A stretch of DNA of 64,000 bases from Candidatus Poribacteria bacterium (GCA_965205025.1 CBDBFU010000004.1:12898-76897), one strand, 5' to 3'; positions 18,701 to 28,718 are shown, counted from the first letter of the stretch. Program-made: numbers and translations. Notes: generated from the sequence alone by a model not told the origin.

Positions 18701-19277
18701 ACAGATGGGGGGTGGTGGACTTGAAAATATGATGGAGCAACTTGAACAACTCGCACAAAGTCAGGAACAATTGAATCAGATGGCACAAACTCTCAGACAA
18801 CAAATGCGAGAGAGGGGACAAACACCTGGTCTGCAACAAAGATTGGATAGACTCGCATCACAACAACAAATGATACGGGAAGCAACTGAGAAATTGGCTG
18901 AAATTGCTGAGAAAGCAGCAGAAATGCTCGGAAGCTTAGAGAATGTTGCTGAAGAAATGAAAGAGGTTGAACGAAAACTTGAAGAGGGTGTACTGAATGA
19001 TCAGGTGATTAATCAGCAAGAACGAATTGTTACCAGAATGTTAGATAGTTTGAAATCCTTACATCAACGCGATTTAGGTAGAAAAAGAAAAGCACAGGTA
19101 GCAAAGAAAACCACACCAACTGCCCAAGATATACCCGCCCTACATCCTGAGTTGCTGGAAATAGTCCGTAAACTTGAAACAACTCCAAATGCCAAAGAAT
19201 TTGAGAATATACCTTTCCAATATCGTGAAAAACTTAGACAATATTTCAAGGCTTTATCAACAAAAACTGTAAAGTAG
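15759..19277 (+). CDS. large (1172 aa) membrane-anchored protein with extended Q/E-rich coiled-coil C-terminal half (DUF4175-like)
   Basis: Starts 12 nt after the previous gene. Two or three N-terminal TM segments. Central beta-rich region. From ~aa 540 long heptad-like Q/E/L-rich sequence (QQLERLKSLYQQLILQQKLEAAAKQAQALAEEQKQ...). Confidence 0.6.
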   Translation: MSNQDFNRNYQSILSKLNSVRRNWRCLIFCERLLFLLSALALLLTFVLICFQLPLPYIIRISIVSLSTILVIYLVIRILIRPLFRKLTYVNVSAYLEKTYTNIENRILSAVQLKPVLEDNRFGYARDFVEQLITQTYNDIENIKSSKIFSNEFYKIKRNAAFMGISLGIFLLSYFFLPSSLKGITRTFESIPKTTQNGFTIQIDDVQPGDIQIRQGDDVRITASVSGHLDAPLNIFYQVAHTNSNADVENIEAPSIDIKDWESLSMARESIDSPYSATLQSVNRSLQYYISTKDVNSPHYEITVGHDPLVKSFQIQINYPEYTQSPSKVLDQNIGDIRTLYGSEIIFSGSSNKSLSDANLVFEDLEPVKLEIQENTTINGSFIAKQADRYHIQLLDTTNLTNIEPLIYTLDIYKDTPPQVAIIVPGEDRVLDDDMLVELKVETTDDYGIQAVELVYAIQKENATNQTISLKRIPSDTSPPHSSMFLTYTWDIDPIGLFPGESISYYVQAIDTDNVSGPNIGKSRTYILRFPTLDELYEELSADQETEQTDIDELFEEQTEATGAVDRILDKIRKFREFSITDKKQMQQVIETQKDIEQKANELLSKMQQTTSEMEKNQLFDPETIQKYQELQELMKEALSEEHQELLKKLSEALAQQELSEQEMAATEANFNQEQFQQQLERLKSLYQQLILQQKLEAAAKQAQALAEEQKQLIDSIDQPPDEINQNTSGIQTAKLNDAANNEERIQNDSNNLSEKLDNLGNEMSGLFESQDNAAPQLKKIADEVKRLNQYTRDEKLQDNLQQTSKNLRNAEKQEAVETGRYAEQTMTELAQGLDNAMEFFEGANSNEALTAMKEAVKSGLSLSHLHEKVIDNSRVLLTTNPGDYINSEILQLQQLAADELSAAKGIEQIADKLWELGKQQMQVDPKIVWQMNSGSDALRRAARALEDRQVMLAIPIQQSGLADINQAVFDLLTAISQMNQQMGGGGLENMMEQLEQLAQSQEQLNQMAQTLRQQMRERGQTPGLQQRLDRLASQQQMIREATEKLAEIAEKAAEMLGSLENVAEEMKEVERKLEEGVLNDQVINQQERIVTRMLDSLKSLHQRDLGRKRKAQVAKKTTPTAQDIPALHPELLEIVRKLETTPNAKEFENIPFQYREKLRQYFKALSTKTVK

Positions 19278-19292
19278 GAGTAAATACTTGAT

Positions 19293-20963
19293 ATGCGTAA
19301 CTCATTAATTCCTCTTATTTCGCTTAGCCTCGTTGTCTTAACTACATTCTCCGTCAATGCCCAATCACATATTACAAAGGCTGATGCTGATATTGAGGCA
19401 CTTGTGTCTACTATGACAATAGATGAAAAAGTTGGACAACTCCTTATGTTCGGTATTGGAGGTACCAAAGTTGGACAAGTTGCTGAAGCACATATTACAA
19501 AACGCCTTGTCGGTGGTTTAGTACTCTTTGGTAAGAATGTAAAAGATCCTGTACAGTTGGCTAATCTAATTGCTGGCTTACAACAACTTTCATTACAAAC
19601 ACAGAAAGGTATTCCATTGTTAATTGCAATGGACCAAGAAGGTGGAACAGTAGTTCGCATGAAAAAAGGTGCAACTGTACTACCGGGGAATCTTGCATTA
19701 GGGGCTACAAGATCTATTGTATTAGCAGAAAAAGCTGGAAGACTCACCGCGGTAGAATTGTCTGCTGTTGGGGTAAATATGAATTTTGCACCGGTAATTG
19801 ATGTAAATACCAATCCGAAAAATCCGGTTATCGGTGTCCGCTCTTTTGGGGAATCAGCAGATCTTGTCGCGCAAATGGGAACTGCATACATACGTGGACT
19901 TCAACGGAATGGTGTTCTCGCAACTGCTAAACACTTTCCTGGCCACGGGGATACGACTGTTGATTCACACAAAAAACTGCCTATCATAACTCATGACAAT
20001 AAACGTATTGAAACTGTTGAATTACGGCCATTTCGTGCGGCAATAAAAGCAGATGTTGCAGCAATTATGTCCGCACATATCCTTTATCCTGAACTTGATC
20101 CTGAATTACCTTCAACACTATCATACAATATCCTAACAAAACTTCTAAGACAGAAGTTAGGATTCAATGGTGTCATTATTACAGATGACATTGAAATGCA
20201 GGCAATAGATGCAAATTACGAATCTGGTAAAGCAGCTGTGATGGCAATTCAGGCTGGAGCAGATATAGTCCTTGTACCATGGAACTTAAAAAAACAGCAA
20301 CGGGTTTATAATACCTTACGTCAGGCAGTACGGAACGGAAGAATTACCGAAACACGATTAAATCAATCTGTTAGACGCATCCTAAAAAGCAAGAAAAATT
20401 GTAATGCCTTCGAAAAAAGAGAGGAATATAGGTACGCATCAAATCCAATTGACGGTCCAATTGAAATAGTAGGGAATTCAAAGCATCGAGAAACTGCTCA
20501 AATTATTGCATCACAAGCAATAACTCTATTAAAGAATGATGACAATATCCTACCTTTAAGTACTGATTCAAAAGATCCATTACTACTGCTTAGTCCGTCA
20601 CGTTTATTCTCAAACACTTTCCTAAAGGCACATCCGGAATTGGAACACATTACACCAGTTATTATTCCACCAAAAGTTAACCCTGAATATATATTACCTA
20701 TATTATTAAAGAATAATGCCAAGTTAATCGTTGCTGGCATACAAAATGCTCAACAAGCAGATCTAATTCACCAATTTAGCCAGAAAACTGACACACCAAT
20801 CATAGTGATATTGCTTTCATCTCCCTACCTTTTTGGAAAATGTCCTGATGTATCGGCTGCTATCGCAGCCTATGATGACAACTATTATTCATTACTCGGT
20901 GCAATAGAAATCTTGTTAGGAAAGAAACAAGCAGTTGGTAAATTGCCTGTCACAATACCTTAA
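19293..20963 (+). CDS. glycoside hydrolase family 3 N-terminal domain protein (beta-N-acetylhexosaminidase/beta-glucosidase-like), secreted
   Basis: Signal peptide MRNSLIPLISLSLVVLTTFSVNA. GH3 signature KHFPGHGDTTVDSH. 16 nt after the previous gene. Confidence 0.85.
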   Translation: MRNSLIPLISLSLVVLTTFSVNAQSHITKADADIEALVSTMTIDEKVGQLLMFGIGGTKVGQVAEAHITKRLVGGLVLFGKNVKDPVQLANLIAGLQQLSLQTQKGIPLLIAMDQEGGTVVRMKKGATVLPGNLALGATRSIVLAEKAGRLTAVELSAVGVNMNFAPVIDVNTNPKNPVIGVRSFGESADLVAQMGTAYIRGLQRNGVLATAKHFPGHGDTTVDSHKKLPIITHDNKRIETVELRPFRAAIKADVAAIMSAHILYPELDPELPSTLSYNILTKLLRQKLGFNGVIITDDIEMQAIDANYESGKAAVMAIQAGADIVLVPWNLKKQQRVYNTLRQAVRNGRITETRLNQSVRRILKSKKNCNAFEKREEYRYASNPIDGPIEIVGNSKHRETAQIIASQAITLLKNDDNILPLSTDSKDPLLLLSPSRLFSNTFLKAHPELEHITPVIIPPKVNPEYILPILLKNNAKLIVAGIQNAQQADLIHQFSQKTDTPIIVILLSSPYLFGKCPDVSAAIAAYDDNYYSLLGAIEILLGKKQAVGKLPVTIP

Positions 20964-21292
20964 TGTCAATTCTACAGGACACTATCCTTCCCATCCAGAT
21001 TTACCGTTGTTTTTCCATGCCCATATAATCTTCACTTGGTAGATCAGGTCACCTATTATATGCAATACACGCATCTGGTGTTGAATTAATAGAAACCGAA
21101 CCTTTATAGAACAGGTTTGAGGTAAAATATTATCTTTATACTCTTACATTTTGACAACAATTACTTTCTGATTATTGCCAATTTTCCTTATCAATTATAC
21201 GATTTTATCACAAACCTATTTGATAATATTGATATTGACAAATGGAGACATGATCCTTGATTTCATTACATTCTTTAGACTCAAGTACAGCT

Positions 21293-23125
21293 ATGCAAGA
21301 TTACACACAATGGAATCTACCCACAGGTGTGAAAGCCCGTCTGGGGAAGGGTAGGATAAGTGATGTATTAAATCCATCTGAAATAGCATACTCTCCCGAT
21401 GGACAGTGTTTTGCTGTAGCAAGTGCCAATGGTATTTGGATATACGACGCACAGACGGCTAAAGAACTTAACCTCCTAACAGGACATACATCTGATAACA
21501 CAACCGTATCTTTCAGTCCAGATGGGGTTATCTTGGCAAGTGCGAGTGGGGACAATACCATCCGTTTGTGGGAAATTCAAACTGGAGCACATGTCGGAAC
21601 ATTGAAAGAGCATACATCTCGTATTAATAACATCGCATACAGTCCGAGTGGCTTATTATTAGCAAGTGCAGGTGATGACAATACAATTCGTCTGTGGGAT
21701 GTGCAAACACATGATATGATTCGGACACTCAGAGGTCATACAGACAGGGTTACCAATGTTGTATTCAACCCAGACGAATCTATCTTGGTTAGCGCAAGTT
21801 GGGACAATAACATATGTCTTTGGGATGTGCATTCTGGCACCTTGCTTCAAACACTCACAGGGCATACATCTACTGTCAGTAGAGTATCGATCTGTGCAGA
21901 TGGAAAAACACTTGCAAGTTCAAGTTGGGACAAAACTGTGCGTTTGTGGGATATGCAAAAAGCAATGCATATACATACTCTTATAGGACATACGGGGAGG
22001 GTTACCAACGTTCTATTTAGCCCAAATGGTGAATTACTTGCAACCACTGCGATGGATCATGATACAGATTTACGCTTGTGGGACATGCTGACAGGTGGTA
22101 CACCTCTTAAGATACTAAAAGGACATACGAGAAAAGTTACAAGTCTTGTGTTTAGTCCGGATGGGTCTACTTTGGTAACTGGAAGTGGGGACTGCACTGT
22201 CCGTCTGTGGGATGTGGCAAGTGGTACATCACGTCAGATAATTACAGACCATACCTTTCGTGTCGCAAGTATCGCCTACAGTCCGGATGGATCAATGTTA
22301 GCTAGTTCTGGATGGGATGAAACTATACCTATATGGAACACGTATACCGATGAATTACTTCATCGACTTAAAGGACATAAGGCTGATGTCGTAGACCTTG
22401 CGTTTAGTCCTGATGGAAAGACAATCGCAACTTCAAGTTGGGATAGAACAGCACGTTTATGGGATGTGAAGACAGGTACATCTTTACACATACTGACAGA
22501 GCATCGTGACTTTGTCAATTGTGTAATTTTCAGTCCTGATGGCAAGACCCTTGCCACTGGGTGTGCTGGGAGTGCTGACAATGATGTGCGTTTGTGGGAT
22601 GTAGCGAAGGGAAAACTCATATTGACATTGACAGATCATACGCGGAGTATCAATAGCGTAGCGTTCAGTCCTGATGGCAAGACTCTTGTGAGTTCAAGTG
22701 ATGACAGGACAGTCCGTTTTTGGGATGTAGAAACTGGAGCACATATTCGAGTACTTAATGAGCATACGAAATCTGTTTATAGTGTTGCATTCAGTCCTGA
22801 TGGAAAGATACTTGCAAGTTCGAGTGACGACAGGACAATACATTTATGGAATATACAGACTGAAACATATTCACACCGTCTCACAGGACATACCGATGGT
22901 GTAAGGTGCGTTATATTCAGTCCAGATGGAAAAACACTCGCAAGTGGGAGTAGAGACAATGATGTGCGTTTATGGGATACTCAAACAGGTAAACACCTAA
23001 AGACATTGCAGGGTCATACAGGACTGGTTTATACAGTTGTATTCAGTCCAGATGGAAAAACACTCGCAAGCGGGAGTCGTGACGGCAGCTTGCTGTTTTG
23101 GGACCTTGATTCACAAAACCAGTAG
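21293..23125 (+). CDS. WD40-repeat protein (second paralog, ~13 repeats)
   Basis: Repeated GHT-x-x-V-x-S-V-x-FSPDGK-x-LASxS-x-D-x-TVRLWD units. N-terminal LPTGVKARLGKGRISD as in 5358-7295. The ORF track start 21257 is TTG; the first ATG is 21293. Confidence 0.85.
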   Translation: MQDYTQWNLPTGVKARLGKGRISDVLNPSEIAYSPDGQCFAVASANGIWIYDAQTAKELNLLTGHTSDNTTVSFSPDGVILASASGDNTIRLWEIQTGAHVGTLKEHTSRINNIAYSPSGLLLASAGDDNTIRLWDVQTHDMIRTLRGHTDRVTNVVFNPDESILVSASWDNNICLWDVHSGTLLQTLTGHTSTVSRVSICADGKTLASSSWDKTVRLWDMQKAMHIHTLIGHTGRVTNVLFSPNGELLATTAMDHDTDLRLWDMLTGGTPLKILKGHTRKVTSLVFSPDGSTLVTGSGDCTVRLWDVASGTSRQIITDHTFRVASIAYSPDGSMLASSGWDETIPIWNTYTDELLHRLKGHKADVVDLAFSPDGKTIATSSWDRTARLWDVKTGTSLHILTEHRDFVNCVIFSPDGKTLATGCAGSADNDVRLWDVAKGKLILTLTDHTRSINSVAFSPDGKTLVSSSDDRTVRFWDVETGAHIRVLNEHTKSVYSVAFSPDGKILASSSDDRTIHLWNIQTETYSHRLTGHTDGVRCVIFSPDGKTLASGSRDNDVRLWDTQTGKHLKTLQGHTGLVYTVVFSPDGKTLASGSRDGSLLFWDLDSQNQ

Positions 23126-23305
23126 AACTCTACTTTATATGTTCTACTACATAGTGCTATTTTACGGTGATAGTTGCGAAACCACCAAAACGAAAATCGA
23201 ATAAAGTTGACAGTATAAATTTGATTGTGTATACTTAATACATTTAAGGTAAATGGGTTGAATATATTATGTTATGAAATTGAACATCAATACAAATTGA
23301 TTATC

Positions 23306-24346
23306 ATGGCAAAGAAAAAAAGCAGATCTGTTAACGTCGCTCGCAAACGAGAAAAACGGAATAGGGACCGAAAATCAAAGAGCAAGAAAATAGCTGCTGA
23401 AAAACACCATAAATTACCTTTAGAGAGGATGGATGAGGAACGTTTACATTCATATCTATTGAAAAGTTATGATCTGCTTGATGAACCAGAAATTCAAAAG
23501 CTCCATTTTGATCTGGATATGGTAGAAATCGAATTATTAGATTTAATCAGGAAAACAGAACATCAAGGTTCAAATGCGGAAGAAGATGCAGCATTAGTAT
23601 TTCAAACGTTTGAAGTCTATGAAACAGATATCTTATCTCGGTTAATTACCACACAATTCAGAAAACAACTGCTGTGGTCGTTAAATGCATGTGAAAATAG
23701 GTTAAAAAAGTATGGCAAACATGAACGAGCTGAAGTCGCATACGTAGCACGGGCTTTATTTGAAATAGTGCCAGCAGATGTTATGGCAGGACATCCAATC
23801 ATACAATGCATCGGTAAACAGAGCATACAACTACTTGTTGAAGATAGAATTAATTCTGATGATTTGTCTCCAGTGAGTGATTATCTACCAGAAGTACAGG
23901 AAATTGATTATTCTGAATTTCAACAGAATGAATCGTTTCAAAGCCTGTTTTCTGATGCAATATCAAAAAAGTCAAACGATATTGAAGAAAACCAACAGGA
24001 ATCGATCGTTAACATACCATCCTTAGTTCAAGAGCAAGAGAGTGAATTATATCCAGAAACTCTACCAGCGAAGGCTTTATACAAGAATTTTGATGGATTA
24101 AAAATCAGAGATAGTCTAATTAATTGGAAGGGACAATTCCTTGAAAAAGAAACTGAAACTCAACTTGATTTTATCAATAGGGATTGCGAGTTATATATAA
24201 CAGTTACTGAGAATCGATTACAGTTACATGCTGAGAGTGAAGAAAAACTAAATACAGCTATGGCAAATTTAGAGATGCACTGCCAATCGGCGGTGATGTA
24301 TCTTGCTAAGACTTTTGATGAAGGAGGTGAAACCGATGCCACGTAG
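23306..24346 (+). CDS. hypothetical protein with K/R-rich N-terminus
   Basis: ATG 23306 MAKKKSRSVNVARKREKRNRDRKSKSKK... No family recognised. Confidence 0.5.
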   Translation: MAKKKSRSVNVARKREKRNRDRKSKSKKIAAEKHHKLPLERMDEERLHSYLLKSYDLLDEPEIQKLHFDLDMVEIELLDLIRKTEHQGSNAEEDAALVFQTFEVYETDILSRLITTQFRKQLLWSLNACENRLKKYGKHERAEVAYVARALFEIVPADVMAGHPIIQCIGKQSIQLLVEDRINSDDLSPVSDYLPEVQEIDYSEFQQNESFQSLFSDAISKKSNDIEENQQESIVNIPSLVQEQESELYPETLPAKALYKNFDGLKIRDSLINWKGQFLEKETETQLDFINRDCELYITVTENRLQLHAESEEKLNTAMANLEMHCQSAVMYLAKTFDEGGETDAT

Positions 24347-24449
24347 TAAAAGCGGACAGGTTAGACGCAGAACACAAATTCGACAACGTCAATTACGACG
24401 AAAAAAAAGAAAAAAAGCCCAACTTAAAGAACTTTTAGCAAATAAGTAG
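24336..24449 (+). CDS. small highly basic peptide (37 aa)
   Basis: Strong SD AAGGAGGTGA 7 nt upstream of ATG 24336. Overlaps the stop of the upstream ORF out of frame. MPRSKSGQVRRRTQIRQRQLRRKKRKKAQLKELLANK. Confidence 0.4.
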   Translation: MPRSKSGQVRRRTQIRQRQLRRKKRKKAQLKELLANK

Positions 24450-24717
24450 TAAGATTTCATTAATTCATAACGGGTAAACATTGATATCTTCTATTAATAG
24501 TATTCGGGAAAATTACCTATATATCATTTACAAGAATATCTACGGTTTGATATCCGCTGGACAGGAGTTATTCTATTCTGAATAAATGACTTGTTTTTTG
24601 TACACTAATAAACCTTAGATTCATCCAATAAAATAGAAAACATTACAAGAATAATTTGACATTCAATCTATTGTGATATTATAATTACTTCTATAAATTA
24701 AGACCAGCAATATCCAT

Positions 24718-24736
24718 GATATTGAGATACAATATC
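24718..24736. promoter_or_regulatory. Fur-box-like 19-bp palindrome ~100 bp upstream of the OM beta-barrel gene
   Basis: GATATTGAGATACAATATC is a perfect 7-5-7 palindrome with the same architecture as the two GATAATGAGATTCATTATC sites at 31589 and 36345. Confidence 0.35.
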
Positions 24737-24833
24737 ACAACAGATTAAATCTACAAGAAAATTATGTTGAATCAGTCAAAGTAAATATATTTGATATTGT
24801 GTCTCATTATCATATTTTCTTCTGAGATATATT

Positions 24834-26045
24834 ATGAAGTTATTTCGTGTTCTAATATTGATATGGACCTGCTTATACATTACTATCACTGCCAATGCTG
24901 ATGAAAAACCATTTTCTGTATCTGGTTATGGTGTAATAAACTACTCACATTTTAATTGGGACCTTGATCCAGATAGACGGGCTGCATTGGATTTAGAAAG
25001 ATTGGTTGTTGCCCCAAAATACCGCATTAACAACACTATTCGTCTTGAAGCTGAGCTTGAATTTGAACACGGTGGTACTGGTAGTACGATGGAATTTGAT
25101 AAATTTGAGGAATTTGGTGAATTTGAGTTTGAAATAGAAAAAGGTGGGGAAGTTATTGTTGAAAAACTTGCAGCGGTTTTCTCAATAAAACCTTCTTATA
25201 ACTTCCGTATCGGACATATCATCGTCCCTATAGGACTTGTGTCTAAACGTCATCGACCACAACACTATTTTACAACAACCCGTCCAGAAGCCGAAACACA
25301 CATCATTCCGACAATTTGGCACGAAACTGGAGTTGAAGTTTTTGGTTCATTTGGTCCAGTAAGTTACCAAGCACAAATTGTCAATGGATTAGACTCTACT
25401 GGATTTAGTTCAAGGTACTGGATTGTGCGAGGACATCAATTACGATTTGAAACTGTAAATGCTGAAACCCCTGCTTATGTTGGAAGACTCGATTATAACT
25501 TCCAGAAGAATGGAACCATCGGTGTCTCAGGTTATTATGGAGATACCGCTGCAAATCGACCTAAACCTGATGTTGACTTCAATGCAAACGTCGGGATTAT
25601 AGGTCTGCATGGTTTTTATGAGGAAAATGCAATTATACTACGTGGATTGTTCCTAATGGGAACTTTGGAAAATGCACATCTACTTTCAAAAGTCAATCGG
25701 ACATTATCCAATAATCTGAATGTTAAACGCACACCAATAGGTAGTTCAGCAATAGGATGGTATATTGAAGCAGGTTATGATGTCCTCTCTTTCTTAAAGA
25801 AAAATAAAGAAACACACCAAAGACTTGAGGTTTTTGGACGGTACGATTATTACGATACTATGGCAAGTGTGGAAGGCGTTATTTTTGATAATCCCCGATG
25901 GGAACGAAGAACTTGGACAATGGGTTTAAACTACCATGTCCACCCGCAATTAGTTTTCAAGAGTCATTATTCTTTACGAAGGTTAGCTACCAAGGAGAAA
26001 AACAAAGAAGATACATTTTCACTTGGTTTCGGTTTTCAATATTAA
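24834..26045 (+). CDS. outer-membrane beta-barrel (porin-like) protein
   Basis: Signal peptide MKLFRVLILIWTCLYITITANA. Alternating amphipathic beta strands. C-terminal ...FSLGFGFQY (terminal aromatic). Confidence 0.55.
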   Translation: MKLFRVLILIWTCLYITITANADEKPFSVSGYGVINYSHFNWDLDPDRRAALDLERLVVAPKYRINNTIRLEAELEFEHGGTGSTMEFDKFEEFGEFEFEIEKGGEVIVEKLAAVFSIKPSYNFRIGHIIVPIGLVSKRHRPQHYFTTTRPEAETHIIPTIWHETGVEVFGSFGPVSYQAQIVNGLDSTGFSSRYWIVRGHQLRFETVNAETPAYVGRLDYNFQKNGTIGVSGYYGDTAANRPKPDVDFNANVGIIGLHGFYEENAIILRGLFLMGTLENAHLLSKVNRTLSNNLNVKRTPIGSSAIGWYIEAGYDVLSFLKKNKETHQRLEVFGRYDYYDTMASVEGVIFDNPRWERRTWTMGLNYHVHPQLVFKSHYSLRRLATKEKNKEDTFSLGFGFQY

Positions 26046-26089
26046 TTTTTCAATTACTGAATAAAATGGAAATTCATAAGGAGGATATA

Positions 26090-27178
26090 ATGAATTTCAA
26101 TAAATGGATATCAATGTTGTCATGCCTGTGTGTTTTGGTATTTCTTTTGGGTTGTGGCGCTGAAGATGATACAGATGGAGACGACGAACCAAAGGCTGAA
26201 GCATTCCAATCCAGTACAATGCTAAATGATTTCGCGAATACTGTCGTTTTAGCAACCTATACGGAATTGGATAAGAAAGCAGGAGAACTATTGGATGCAG
26301 TTAAGGTATTGGAAAGTGATACCACACAATCAAATCTTGTGAAAGCACAAGAGGCATGGAAAGCCACACGTACACCGTGGGAACAGAGCGAAGCATTCTT
26401 GTTCGGACCGGTTGATACACAAGGTCTCGACCCCGCATTGGATAGTTGGCCAGTTGACCACGTTAACCTACAATCTGTGTTAGATAGCAATGACAACCTA
26501 ACAGTAGATTATGTCAATGGCTTAGAGGATACACAAAAAGGTTTTCATACAATTGAATTTTTATTATTCCGAGATGGAGATCAACGGAAAGCCTCAGATA
26601 TAACGGATCGTGAATTGGAATATCTTGTCTCAACAACAGAAAACCTTAAGGCAAGTACTTCACAACTACGATTAGCATGGGCACCAGAAGGTGAGAATTT
26701 CAGTAGTTCTGTTGCTCAAGCTGGAACAGGAAGTATTATTTACACATCTCAGAGCGCGGCTGTTCAGGAAATGGTTAACGGTATGATTACAATCGCCGAT
26801 GAAGTCGCAAACGGGAAAATATCCGACCCCTATAATGAATCAAACACCACACTTGTGGAATCACAATTCAGTTTTAATTCTATCTCTGATTTTCAAGATA
26901 ATATTAGAGGTATTCAAAATGTCTATCTCGGTAAATATATGAATGATGGACAAGGATTAAATGAATTTGTAAATACCAAAAATGCAGAATTAGATTCACG
27001 GTTTCAATCTGAAATACAAAATGCGATTGACACCATTGGGGCAATCCCTGATCCTTTCCGGGATTCTATTACTAAGAGTCGAAGTTCTGTACAGGCAGCA
27101 ATTGATGCCGTAAGTAAAGTTCAGTTAACTTTGGAACAAGATATTCTTCCACTTGTACAATCAAGTGAGTTCAATTAG
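26090..27178 (+). CDS. imelysin (Peptidase_M75/IrpA-like) family lipoprotein
   Basis: AGGAGG 6 nt before ATG 26090. Lipobox LLGCG. ...KAQEAWKATRTPWEQSEAFLFGP... matches the conserved imelysin core. The ORF track start 25898 overlaps the previous gene and is unlikely. Confidence 0.6.
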   Translation: MNFNKWISMLSCLCVLVFLLGCGAEDDTDGDDEPKAEAFQSSTMLNDFANTVVLATYTELDKKAGELLDAVKVLESDTTQSNLVKAQEAWKATRTPWEQSEAFLFGPVDTQGLDPALDSWPVDHVNLQSVLDSNDNLTVDYVNGLEDTQKGFHTIEFLLFRDGDQRKASDITDRELEYLVSTTENLKASTSQLRLAWAPEGENFSSSVAQAGTGSIIYTSQSAAVQEMVNGMITIADEVANGKISDPYNESNTTLVESQFSFNSISDFQDNIRGIQNVYLGKYMNDGQGLNEFVNTKNAELDSRFQSEIQNAIDTIGAIPDPFRDSITKSRSSVQAAIDAVSKVQLTLEQDILPLVQSSEFN

Positions 27179-27212
27179 ATAGATTTCAATACCCAAAACT
27201 CTATGACTATTA

Positions 27213-27254
27213 CTATTGTTGGGAATAGATTTTCTACTTTCCAACAATAGTTTT
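27213..27254 (+). terminator. rho-independent terminator candidate after the imelysin gene
   Basis: CTATTGTTGG ...18 nt... CCAACAATAG followed by TTTT. Confidence 0.45.
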
Positions 27255-27315
27255 AAAACAAAATCTTATATTTTCACTTGTTTTAGAACTAAGATTCAGC
27301 AGTTTTTAAAATTAT

Positions 27316-28718
27316 ATGAAGTATTTCAATGTAGTATTACTTTTTTCTATGATTTTCTTCATCAGTGGTTGTGAAACAGACCGTGAGACAGACAATTTAA
27401 ACAACACACAAACGAATTCAACCATTCCTCTGGCTGGAGGGGAAACAACTGTTTTTGATGCATCAAGTCATGCATTCTCCATCCCAGCACCAAATCTCTC
27501 AGCGGATGCTTTGAATAAACACCTTGAAGGGGATGTAGAATTTGAAGCTGTCTTTGTTACCTCCCCAGCAGTTGTGAATCCGGGATTGGGACCAATATAT
27601 AATAACGTCTCTTGTATTAATTGTCATTCTCGTGATGGACGTGGACGACCTCCCACTGTTAATGAAGAACTCGTTTCTTTACTATTCAGACTTAGTCTTC
27701 CCAATCCAAATAACATTGTAAATGGAAAACAACCTATACCTGTCCCCGGGTATGGCACCCAACTGAATAATCGGGCAATTTACGGAACACCTGCTGAAGG
27801 AAATGTTGACATTACCTATACAGAACAACCTATAGTAACATCAGATGGAACGAAAATACATCTACGATATCCAAGTTATTCTATAACAGATGCTTATCAT
27901 CCACTACCTGAAGACATTGAGGTATCCCCACGAGTAGCTCCAGTGGTATTTGGTCTCGGTTTGTTGGAAGCTATCCCTCAGGAAGTTATCCTTTCAAACG
28001 CAGATGAATCAGATGTTAATCAGGATGGTATATCAGGAAAACCTAATTTTGTTTGGGATGTAGTAAAAAAGCAATACGTCTTAGGACGATTCGGTTGGAA
28101 AGCAAACCAGCCAAACCTACTACAACAAGTAGCTTCAGCCTATCATGATGATATGGGGTTAACAACTTCACTGTTCCAGATGGAAAATTCAAAAGGACAA
28201 TCACAACATACTGAAGTAAGTACATCACCAGAAATAAGCGATGAGATATTGGATGTAGTGACATTTTATGTTCAAACATTAGCAGTACCAGCACGACGTA
28301 ATGTGGATGATCCTAAAGTAATTCAAGGAGAACAACTTTTTACACAAGCACAATGTGGTACATGTCACACCCCAACACACAGAACTGGTTTATTCCAGGG
28401 TATACCATCAGTAAGTAATCAAACAATTCATCCATACACCGACCTATTACTTCACGATATGGGACCCAGATTTAGCAGACAATCGTCCTGATTTTCAAGC
28501 AACTGGTACGGAATGGCGAACACCACCCTTATGGGGAATAGGTTTAGTACGGACTGTCAATGGCCACACCAATTTCCTACATGATGGTAGAGCTCGTGAT
28601 CTTATGGAAGCTGTTCTTTGGCACGGTGGTGAAGCTGAAAAATCTCGCAATATTACATTAGAGATGTCCCAAACTGAACGAAATGCATTAATTGCATTCT
28701 TAAATTCATTGTAATTCA
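27316..28718 (+). pseudogene. DUF1111 di-heme cytochrome c peroxidase-like (thiol oxidoreductase) lipoprotein, frameshifted near 28455-28465
   Basis: Lipobox FFISGCETD. Two CxxCH heme motifs (CINCHSRDG, CGTCHTP). Frame 1 ends ...LLHDMGPRFSRQSS*. The -1 frame continues DPDLADNRPDFQATGTEWRTPPLWGIGLV...HGGEAEKSR... to TAA 28716-28718, i.e. the normal DUF1111 C-terminus. The shift lies at GGGACCC. Confidence 0.65.

Noticed and set aside
19064-19891. 275-aa minus-strand ORF
   Set aside because: Lies entirely antisense to the end of the coiled-coil gene and the start of the GH3 gene, which have strong family signatures. Its composition is low-complexity, so it is a spurious ORF.
25898-26089. Upstream extension of the imelysin ORF (start at 25898)
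   Set aside because: Overlaps the last 150 nt of the porin-like gene in another frame. A consensus AGGAGG sits 6 nt before ATG 26090, followed by a lipoprotein signal peptide.
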